NCBI GenBank assembly: GCA_030295235.1
Contig: AP026140.1
Span: 744,001 to 808,000 of the forward strand
Origin: Fistulifera solaris
Taxonomy: Eukaryota
Length of the DNA stretch: 64,000 nucleotides
Direction of reading: 5' to 3'
Made by a program: the position numbers and the translations under genes. Positions 47,781 through 57,717 of the stretch are shown here, in pieces. The notes under the pieces were generated by a model. That model searched no databases. It was not told the DNA's origin and was given only the letters and a program-made list of their open reading frames with translations. Every line of letters begins with the position of its first letter. The first letter of the stretch is position 1.

Positions 47781-48171
47781 ATTGTTGTCGTGGTGCTGAT
47801 GGTTATCACGCAGATACTTCTGCAATTATTCATTTTGATTTTTGACATAAAAGGCCTTACCAGGTATAATAATCAACGCGATCCGAAAGATACGACCCGC
47901 GTGCGTGCAAGCCCGCGTGCCGTTTGGCATGCGTTCACTTTAAAACGAGATCGTGTTTGAGAAGTGCTAAGACACAATCTTATTTTGCAGAACTATTTCT
48001 GTTAACCCGAACCTCAATAGGGAGAGGTTAATTATTTCGGCGACCGCAACATAAACGTTTTTATTTACTCCGTACTGGTATTTTTATTCATCGCAAATCG
48101 CAACCCCACGCAAACGTTCAAGTGTTGCTGTACCTGGTAGATTATCAATATCGTTACCCAAACCCCACAAC

Positions 48172-49880
48172 ATGAAAAAAACAGAACACAGGACCTACTG
48201 GAACTGATTCCGCCGGAAAAGTGGTCGATCGAACAGCAAAACTTTCAAGCAGAATGTCCGACAATAAAAGACGTTCTTCTTCTCTACCGATTACGGCGAG
48301 AACTTAGCGAGCTGGAGGACTTTGAATGGGTAGTGCTTCCTACTCGATTCGCTATTTGGCGAGAAAATGGGACTTTTATTTGTGTTAATCACTATTATGA
48401 ACAGAAATACCAAATGAAACACGCTTCATCTATCATAAGGTATGACGAATACAGTTTGTCCTTTGCTATTTATGGTGAAGTAGATGCTGCGATTGCCGAA
48501 ACTGCTACCTTTCTCTGGTCATTGCAGAGTTCAGCAGATCCCGAAAGTAGCCTGACAATTTCAGTTCGCGAAGATCTGAGAAAAGAGTTCTACTTTGACT
48601 TTGCTGCGCTCCAGGTCGAGCAGCTGACGTGCATCTTAGATGCAAATCCGGAACGTTCTTTCGATTTAAATGCAGGGATATGGAGTGAAGAGAAGTCGGT
48701 TGTTTTAGCAACAAGACCTTACCCTTTAAATTTGAAGCTGAGGTATTCTGGACCGTCTCGTGGCTTTTTGTTTGAGGACGGTGGAACGGCATTTGTTGAT
48801 GCTCTGGAGAAACGACAATCATCCTTCGGTTCCCTTAGTATTGCAGCATCGTTTGACGACCCCGTTGCCCATGACACAGATAAGATGCCTGTTAGTCGCG
48901 CGAATCTGAAGCGGATCCTTGAAATGTCTGGAAAATTTGAAGCGCTGGCGTTCAGTCCCTTAGATAGAGATTGTGTCCTGATTCCATTTGCCGCCAACGT
49001 CAAGACTCTGGATTACATGGTGGATGTGAAATTTATGAAACCGGAAGATTTTGAATCTCTTGTTATTGTACCCAAAAATTTGGACTTGACAATATGTCAC
49101 GATGAGGACGAGAGTTGGGATGAGCTTTTGCTCTCGTGCTTGAAACGTGTGGCCGAGTTGGGTCATTTCGAAACACTTGGTATTGCCGTGGATGGAAACT
49201 GGGATTACAATGATGACGATCTACATGACTATGAATCCGTAGCAGTTGTGGCAGAAGCGTTGATCAAGGTAATTGACAGGAACCCGAACTTAACATCTCT
49301 GGATATTAGTGGTTCCTACTGGCTATTGGATTGGGGGCCCCAATTTAAAAGAATCTTCAAAGCGATGGAAAAGCACAGCAGCCTACGTACATTTATTATG
49401 GTGGAGGATTGTGACTGGGAGAGTGATTCGGACATCGAAGACTCAGGCGACGATTCCACGGAATGTTTTGATTACCCTCGATATTCTTGGCTAGAGCAGT
49501 TGCTCTCACGCAACAGAAACATCGAAGTACAGGAAAGCTCAGGAAAACGGTGTTCAAACGGAGCAAGCATCGACAAGCTTTATCTGCTGAATCATTTCTA
49601 CCGTGGTTCGGTACAGCCTGTGAAAGATACTCAAGTTACAGCATGGCGGCCATTACTGGTAGCAACGGCGTTGATGGAAAGCGCTTCGAGGAACTTTAGA
49701 TTTTCTTCGCTGCTCTTGTTCAATCATACGGACGTTCTTTGTGAATTCATGCAAGATCTGAGTCTAGACGAACGCGGTGCCTTGCAATTTGTGTCGGAGG
49801 ATTCTGAAGATCTAATGACGCCGACTTTGCCCCTCCATCAGGATCCGATGAAGACAAAAATCATCCGAGACACCAATTAA
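48172..49880 (+). CDS. Lineage-specific multigene family protein, copy 3; frameshift near the 5' A-run
   Basis: QDLLELIP upstream of the listed ORF; IWRENGT, AAIAETATFLWSL, LATRPYPL, NPNLTSLDISGSYWLLDWGP and YSWLEQLLSRNRNI. Confidence 0.78.
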
Positions 49881-50612
49881 AGAGTCACTTTTAAGTGTAG
49901 CAAGAATGCCCGCTCGTTACAACATATCGCAAAGGACTTCCTTTACCCAGGTATCATAATATATGACTTCTTCAAGTAGCCAAGGTAGCAAAGCAAAGAT
50001 ATTTGGACAGCTTCCCGTCAAAACTAGACACCGCTCCGCGTCCGTTGTCAATTTCCGTATCATTTTCGAATGAAAAAACAGTTCGCTTTTCATGCGAAGT
50101 ATAATCTATCTTGCCCGTGCGATCTTCATGCATACGACCGCTTTATCTAGCCATGCGGAACTAACATTCAATTGCAACAATGCTCCTCTGATTTGGTGCG
50201 CGGAATCATGGTGCGTGTGCTGTCATTTGTCAGACCTCAGGACAAACAGATCTTGTAAGAACGCTCTTCTCTTAAATCAAATTCGGTGTTATGCCGATAA
50301 ACGCACATACCAGTACTCCGCATTATAGGTTGTGTGGCATTCGCGAAGGTTATGCCGACAGTCGTGCATAATGCGTAACAGTAGGAAATACCGCGCGATC
50401 ATATTCTAAGACTCATTCTCTGACGAAACGCCGCGCCACAATGTCTCCTTAGTTTTTCTGGCCTAAGGGTAGGAGGCGATTACCGAGGTGATCTTCAATC
50501 CGTGTTGACTTCCTATTCAGTGACCTCGGAGTCGGAAGTTTTGTATGAGCAAATGAATTGTGATGATAAGATATCATAAAATTTCGACTGTTCAAGGTTT
50601 GCGAAAACATGA

Positions 50613-51437
50613 ATGTATTCCGGCGCGTTCATCTGTACTTCTTTGGTTACTTGTTGGCCATTCGAATTATTCTCTCTGGTGCATTGTGCTCTTGCTCGTT
50701 CGAGAGCACAGGTAGTAACGTCAATGATTGCAGCGAAGTTTTGTGCAATCGACATCGAAAATGATAGCATAGAGTGCGCAGCAACCCAGTCTCCGTGGAC
50801 TTTGCCAGAGACGACATTTATTTCAGGCTGTACGATAGTTGTTTGCCAAGATGGAGCTTGCCATAATACCACGATCGACGTTGGTATCGAGAGCACTGTC
50901 ACTTGCACCACGGGCTTGCCAAGACGCTGAATTACGCTGCAAGCAACCAGCGTTATCGTCTGTGAAGGCGATACAAGTTGCCCAGCCGATTCCTGTCAAA
51001 CCAACACGTGCGATGGTGCAACGATTGCGGCGGGTGTGGATAGTGAAATTTATTGCACCGGAGATGCGTGTAAAGAAACAATCCTTTCTACAGATTCGAA
51101 CGGTGCCATTACCTGTCAAGGAAGTACCTCCTGCCAAACAGCACGCATGGCGGCAGGAATTGACACCAATGTATCCTGCATTTATACGGGTAGTAGCGCA
51201 AACAATAGCGGCGGTACTTGTCGGGATACAGCGATCATTGCTGACGCATCGTGCAATATTTCATGTCATGGCGATTCGACTTGTCAGGGTATGCAGCTGA
51301 CCTCCGGTGTGGATGCAGTTATTGAGTGCTTAGGAGTGAACGCTTGCCTAGATTCGTCCATGACCATGGGAACGGGATCAAAGACGATTTGCAAAGACGG
51401 AGCTCTTTGCGATAATCAAGGTGCCGTCGAAAACTAA
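50613..51437 (+). CDS. Cys-rich repetitive, probably secreted protein; frameshifts near 50915-50950, ends uncertain
   Basis: Repeated C-x-G-x(1-3)-C units about every 20 aa: VVCQDGAC, IYCTGDAC, ITCQGSTSC, ISCHGDSTC, IECLGVNAC and ICKDGALC. Confidence 0.6.
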
Positions 51438-51906
51438 ACGGTACCCGAAACAGCTCCGCCCGTCCCAGACGTCCAAACAATTTTCGAGCAAAGTACTGAT
51501 TTACCAGCGACAGTTCCAACGAGCGCGCCATCGGACGCTACGTTAGGGCGACTAGTCCCTCCTCCTGGTAAAACTGCTGCACAAGCGGTCTCTCGCACGG
51601 CTGCCCGACCGCGGGAGAGGCAGTATCGGTCGCATCTTCTGCTTCTAATGACTACTTCGTTGCGCGTTGTCTTCCCACCGGTGGCAATGACGGCTCTTCT
51701 TCTTTTTAACGGAAGTACCATGTTCATGATCTAAGCGCAGCGCCGGTCTAGAGAACAGGAGCGCGAAACCAACACCACATGGGCTATTTTTCCTTTTAAC
51801 AAATCATTTGCATCAGTGCCGCCCCACGTGATATTTCAATTAAAATAAATAGAGATCTTGCATATTCATTCAATTTGTACGTTTGCTCGTCGTTGCTTCC
51901 TCTTCC

Positions 51907-52602
51907 CTACTGCTGTACTTCGGTTTCTTTTCGCTCCACCACCAACAAAACAGGCCGTTGCTCCGGATCCATCCGGTTCGAGGCAATCGCTTCCAGCACT
52001 TCTTCAAATGGTTTTTGGGGATCCACCGAGTACATGAAACGCACCGTCTTGGGTTGTCCGATACCTCCTACCATGAGTTGCCACGTCGGTTGTACCATTT
52101 CCATCCGACACGCCGTACAGGCTCGGACCAAGTCACCGACTTGCAAGCCGGCTCCGTTGCTTCGAGGAGCCACTTCATCGACAACGACCGCACCGGGAAT
52201 ATCTTCACTTTCTCCCAACAAAATACCCAGTGGCAGCATGGCTTCGATCACAGTAATAAACGAGGATTCGTTCCAGAGAGGCCGGAAATCACACCGCTCC
52301 ATAATCGTTTGACCGTCGGGTTTCAATATCGGTACCATGGCCGAATAGCGTTCCCGTAGCGCCGTGGCTTCCGCTTGAGCTTCGGCTTTCATTTTTCGTT
52401 CTCGTTCGGCAGCCGTCATCTTTTCTTGTTCGAATGACGCAATTTCCTCTCGCAATTGTGCCGCTTTTTGCTTCAGTAGTTCAGGAGAATCATCGTTCGA
52501 AGAGAAGAGAGCCTTTCGAGGTGCGCGGGGCGTTGGAAGGATCCAGGCGTCGACTATTACTTGCGCCGGCAAATGAAACAGGACTACCGAGATTAATTTC
52601 AT
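51907..52602 (-). CDS. Predicted plastid protein with coiled coil and PDZ-like domain
   Basis: Presequence ..IVDA-WIL; ELLKQKAAQLREEIASFE coiled coil; LPLGILLGE..VVDEVAPRSNGAGLQVGDLVRA (PDZ-like). Confidence 0.65.
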   Translation of the reverse strand: MKLISVVLFHLPAQVIVDAWILPTPRAPRKALFSSNDDSPELLKQKAAQLREEIASFEQEKMTAAERERKMKAEAQAEATALRERYSAMVPILKPDGQTIMERCDFRPLWNESSFITVIEAMLPLGILLGESEDIPGAVVVDEVAPRSNGAGLQVGDLVRACTACRMEMVQPTWQLMVGGIGQPKTVRFMYSVDPQKPFEEVLEAIASNRMDPEQRPVLLVVERKETEVQQ

Positions 52603-52939
52603 GACAAATCGCCTTTGAGACGAATGTAATACTTCGGCTAGCAGTGACACTTCAGGAAGAACGAATGTAATGAGAATAAATGTTGCATGCGTCCTGCAGC
52701 CGCGCGTTATTATTGCGTGTCATTCGTTGATGCTCCGCTGCGACACATAGTCTTTCGTACTTATACACAAAATAAGTTACATGTTTTTGCTTAATTCCAG
52801 CTTCATATAAGACTGTTTCTATATAAGTAGCAAGGTATCTGTACGACATTTAATTGACTTTTCGTGACAATGAACAACACCAATTTTTTATTTTCCTTTT
52901 TTTATCTTATCATCCTGTGCTTTCAAAGTCAACAAAGAC

Positions 52940-53869
52940 ATGAGAAAGTATTATTATCTGCTTTCGTTCCTCCTCTATCCTTTGCTGATACACGCGGACG
53001 CTACTTGCGCCGCGGAAGATGGCGTTTGCACCTTAACAAATAATGAGGAAGCATCATTTCATTCACCACCCGCTTGTCGAACAGTAGTTCTTTCATCATC
53101 AGTTTACGATATTTATTCCAACGGAGGTTCCGCACAAGCTTATAAACCCCATCAGCCCGAAAAGAACGAAATTTGTAATCCATCGCTGTATGAATCATCG
53201 CGGTATCGGACCGCTAGTTGGCCATTTTACTCCTCTTCCTCGGCCAGGGCTCCGCAATTGAAACTAACGATCCAACCTTGGCGTTGTGAAGAATCGACTT
53301 GTTGTGAATGGCAGAATGCGAATGTCACGCTCGAAATATGGCAAACACGTCCAGATGGGACGTACTCGTCCCTTCGTCCCGGACAGCAAGAGGGTGATTG
53401 TCGAGCTCATCAACAGGGTGACATTTTCACTTTTACGACAGTAGTACCGGGATCTACCGGGATTTTAGGAGGCTTGGGTCCCTACGGGTTTGACTTGGCT
53501 CCGTATGGTCCTCCTGTATTACATATTCTAGCGCAGCACCCGGACATGGAGCCCTTGTTGCTCAATGTTCCTATTCTCACACAACGAACAACGCTGGAAT
53601 CAAAACCATTTCGCTATTCCGATTGGAGAGGTGCGGCCTGGACGCAACCCCAAGTAGATGTAGCTCCGTACCATATTGCAATGTGGGAACCCAACAGTGC
53701 GGCAAACTCGATCGACATTCATTTGGATGTTTACTTGCAGCCACAAAAGGACCGAGTGTCTTTGACGAAGAAATTGTGTCGTTCTTGGATCTACGGATTG
53801 CCGTCATCTTTCTTTGTGGAGCCAATTTCTGTGTGTGCGGCGTCCATGCTAGACTTTTTTGCACTTTGA
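52940..53869 (+). CDS. Secreted intradiol ring-cleavage dioxygenase-like protein (degenerate)
   Basis: Signal peptide MRKYYYLLSFLLYPLLIHA; NVTLEIWQTRPDGTYS, CRAHQ, FTFTTVVPG and PPVLHILAQHP. Confidence 0.7.
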   Translation: MRKYYYLLSFLLYPLLIHADATCAAEDGVCTLTNNEEASFHSPPACRTVVLSSSVYDIYSNGGSAQAYKPHQPEKNEICNPSLYESSRYRTASWPFYSSSSARAPQLKLTIQPWRCEESTCCEWQNANVTLEIWQTRPDGTYSSLRPGQQEGDCRAHQQGDIFTFTTVVPGSTGILGGLGPYGFDLAPYGPPVLHILAQHPDMEPLLLNVPILTQRTTLESKPFRYSDWRGAAWTQPQVDVAPYHIAMWEPNSAANSIDIHLDVYLQPQKDRVSLTKKLCRSWIYGLPSSFFVEPISVCAASMLDFFAL

Positions 53870-54043
53870 TGAAAAAGTGACTTGAATTATGCTGTCTCTG
53901 TTTCGTCCACATTATTCAATTTGTAACATCGATTTAGCGATATCAATATTTCGAACACAGAATTTTGTTGTGGATTCAGCGTACTACGTAAGATGCTCTC
54001 AACAAATCATTTGTTATTCGAACGAGTGTCTAATTATATGGCT

Positions 54044-54553
54044 TTACTCATCATCATCGTCTTCATCCTCCTCCTCTTCTTCCTCCCTCGTCATCACCGA
54101 ATTTGTCGAATTTGCTCCAATCATACGTTGTAAATGTCTTTCCTTTGTTGTTGAGTTGCCACATTTTCTCCGTGAATGTTCCCGTCGCATACTCTCCCAC
54201 TACAATCAACATAATCAACCACGAAGCATATCCTGCTGTAGACTTGCCGAATCTATTTTTCACAAAGGCAACCACGAAATAAAGAAAAAACGAGCGTCAG
54301 AACTTTATCAATATTCTAAAGAGAAAACTATCGCACGTTGCTTCAACAGCATCGAAACGAAACGGATGTAACACTAACAATCACTTTAACGGCCCGCGTC
54401 AATACCTCTCTCCGTCGCAAAAAAGAATACTCACGTGTTGTACCAAGTACCGATGGCTCCGGTCATCGAAGGCTTCGGCACAGAGGCGAATGTGCGCTGT
54501 GCAACGAGCCGTTGCACAAGAAGTCGTCGAGCGGCTTGTCGAAAGAGCGCCAT
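54044..54553 (-). CDS. QCR9: Cytochrome bc1 complex subunit 9 (QCR9/UQCR10)-like; intron 54253-54434
   Basis: Spliced MALFRQAARRLLVQRLVAQRTFASVPKPSMTGAIGTWYNT/FGKSTAGYASWLIMLIVVGEYATGTFTEKMWQLNNKGK; single TM, W-x-x-N-N-K-G-K motif, acidic tail. Confidence 0.75.
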
Positions 54554-54885
54554 GGTGATATTGTTATTATGAAAGGTAAAGCTTTTATTTGCTGCGTTTT
54601 ATTGCGATCGGCTTTTGGTGGGACGGGCGAGTTCACAGACGATCGTAGTAGCATTTCTACGCGGCTCGACGCATCGTTCGCTTTGTTCGCTTACGTTTTA
54701 CTCTAAGAGATTAAGTAGGTCGTGGAACCAAGCGGTGACCTTGCATCGACGTAATCAATGACGTCATGCTATGAGTTGTGTCGTGGTACTAGTACGGCTG
54801 CAACATTAGGGACTTATTCTCGTAGCGAGTAGGTCTAAAGGAATATCTAATCTAGTTTACTTTGATTATGATTTCAAACAATAGC

Positions 54886-56432
54886 TCAGTTAAACCACTC
54901 CAGCAAGATAGCATCACGCAACGCAACATAACCAAGTAATTGAAGAGGTTCCACCCAAGCTCTACCGATTCCCAAGTACAAGGCCCTTTCGAACCACCCG
55001 CGGAACAAGTTTGCATAGCCATCGTTGCTTTCACCAACAATAGTCTGAAAGGTTTTAATCAGGCCTTCGCCGGATCCACCATCAATGCCATTGGTTGGGT
55101 CGTTGTCACTGTCGAGCAATATTCGCGTGCGCGCAACGTCAAACGGCGTCGTCAATATACCACAGATAATGGCCGTACTAACGGCCACCAGCTCGTAATG
55201 ACCCAGATTCAACGTTCCCTGTATAAAAAGCCCGTTCAAAACAATACGAGAAATTAAATACGGAATCTCAGTGACGACAAGTGCCGGTAATCGTTCCATC
55301 GACTCCAAGAACCAATTGCCGACCTTCTCGCGGACTCTTTCTTCTCGTTCTTCCTGCTCTATCCGCTCATCTTCTACGCTCTCCATAATAAAATGATGTT
55401 TTCCTTCTTCTCCCGTCGCGACCTGTAAACGCGCCGACAGTGCATCGACGGGGGACCGAAAGGCAATGGAAACCACCGAGCCCAAAAGGCTGCCGCTACC
55501 GCAACATATAATTCCGGTATCGGCAAGGGAGCAAATGTTCGTTCGGAAATGTCACGAATCCCATAATACAGTCCGGTGGCGGGTGCCGTCACCATCAAGG
55601 TCGGCATTAAGCCGGCGTAAAGATTGCCTTCCTTGAAATGTCGCACTATGTTCGATTCCAGAACCCGAAGTCGTCGTCGGAGGCGCAATCGTTTCTGGAC
55701 TTTTCGTTGCCGTCGGTTAATATCGGTTTGCACCCGCGTCTTGAGCGTCAGCAGTGGATACAACAAAGACGTCCGTGCCATTTCCACCACCGTTCCGGCA
55801 ATCACAGCGGCAATCAGTACTTCCGAGTCTGTGGTATTTTTGATAATCTTCGTCCGTGGCACCCAGCGTTCGGGAATCCATGCCGGTAGTTGGATCACTT
55901 TCTTCTTTTGTAAAGTGATGGGATCGAGACTGATCGAAGAACTTCCTTGATGGATGGCAATATTGATGCGAGATTCTCGAACGACCTGCGTGAAATTCAC
56001 CGGAGCGATTCGTTCTCCCTTGGCGATGGGTGGTGCATCATGATAATAGTGATAAGCTGTAATCCCTGTAACAACACTGGTAGTCACGATAGCGGTAGTA
56101 GCCTTCCACCATTCTCTGCGAGAGAAAAGCGTCGGTGGTGTCGTTTCGCGGGTTGCTATCTGATTGTGGGATGTAATTTGTTTATAATTGTGAATCGACT
56201 CCTCGTCTTCTAACAAAAGTCGTTCGACTGGAATTATTTCATCGTCAACTAGCACTAAATCTGTTACTGCGTCTTGTGTCGATTCCGTCGGTTCCGGATC
56301 AGCTGACAAAGCATCGCCTTCTCCATCCGAAGACTGTGCAGCAATAATCCACTTATTATGGTTTCTTCTCGAAAGAATGACAAAGGCCTCGCTGCTGCGA
56401 ATAATGACGATCAGCAGTACGTGCCATCTCAT
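54886..56432 (-). CDS. Mitochondrial-carrier-family (SLC25) protein with plastid-type presequence; frameshift near 55485
   Basis: Three carrier signatures YPLLTLKTRVQ, SPVDALSARLQ and TPFDVARTRI; LYAGL and LFRGW; presequence ..SSEA-FV. Confidence 0.82.
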
Positions 56433-56513
56433 CTCGCTGTTGCTTGTCACAGCTGCAGCGTTTCGTTTTCCCCTAAATGCACATTCCTCTCATTCGAAAG
56501 TGATCTGCTGGTT

Positions 56514-56548
<35 letters not shown>
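56514..56548. repeat. (AAC)n microsatellite, about 11 units
   Basis: aacaacaac... upstream of the carrier gene. Confidence 0.95.
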
Positions 56549-56549
<1 letters not shown>

Positions 56550-56987
56550 AAACCATCTCACTTGCAATGATGCGACGTCGTTTTCCTGTTGTTGCTTTTT
56601 TTTCACTCGAAGGGCCTCTGACGTCACGGTGGGTACCGGTGCGGACTGGTTTGTTTAAACGAGGAACTGCTTTATTCAGTACCAATATCAATTTTGAACG
56701 GTTATCTGGACCACTGTCTGGACATTCCGTGGCTCGCGCGCTCGCGCGTCGACATCGGAATAAGCATTTCAAAACGTGTTTTCGATCTTCGATGACCTTC
56801 TCGTTTCGAAGATTTTCCATGGTGTCAAACTGAAACTATTCTTTCGTATCAATGACACTCCTTTGGCAAAGACTTCGAAAAGAGAACAAGGCAACACGAG
56901 ATAGCAAAGAAACAAATAAGGAATCCCTCTCTCGTAGTCGAACAACTCTTCGCACGGTCGCGAAAACCATTGTTTCTCTCACAACTG

Positions 56988-57472
56988 ATGATGTTGGTGC
57001 TGATTCGCCTTCTCTTCGCATTTGCTCCAGTGAACTCTTTCTTCATTTCGACTCCAAAAGCAACAAAATTAACTCAACATCACGCTTCACACTATGATTT
57101 CAATTATGTATTGGCCAAGGCTCGTGTTTGTGCTTACAACGATCATGCGACCGCCGCCGAAGCCTTCCAATTTCTCCAAGAAATCCTCGCGTTTGAAGAT
57201 GCCTGTCAAAGTGGTTCCTTGAGCGGAGAGCCCCGCTGTGAGGATATAGCGGAAATTGCTGACACCGTGGCTCATCTTCGTGGCATTATTTTGCGCAACG
57301 AAGAGGAAGATCGGTGCGTCATGACGGATATAAAGGAGTTATTCGTTGTGAAGTGACTTTTGTACTCACATTTGTGTTTCCATGTTCAGAGGTTTTTCCA
57401 TGTTGGACGGCGCTGCACCGTGTTCTCCTCTTCTATAGAAAGAGCCTACACACGATCGTCACCGCTTATGCG
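56988..57472 (+). CDS. Small hypothetical protein with plastid-type presequence; probable intron after about 57313, 3' end uncertain
   Basis: MMLVLIRLLFAFAPVNS-FF; helical domain AKARVCAY..EILAFEDACQSGSLSGEPRCEDIAEIADTVAHLR. Confidence 0.55.
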
Positions 57473-57717
57473 TAGAAACGAATGATTTTAGGCTGGGGCA
57501 ACAGAATGCTTCTCAAACATTGCTTAAACATGCGTTGATAATTGTCCTTATCTTGGCTTGTTCAACCAAGGTGTTCATCCCCTCTCCTGTTCTCGATAAC
57601 TCATTATTCTATCATAATCTCCATCGATATCTCTAAAACTACTCTATTATTAATTGTCACTAGTTTTCAGATACTTGCAGTCCTCGTTCGCATATCACAT
57701 AGAACTCAGTCCAACTC

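Noticed and set aside
56377..56820. Poly-Asn/Thr/Cys ORFs
   Set aside because: Artefacts of the (AAC)n microsatellite.
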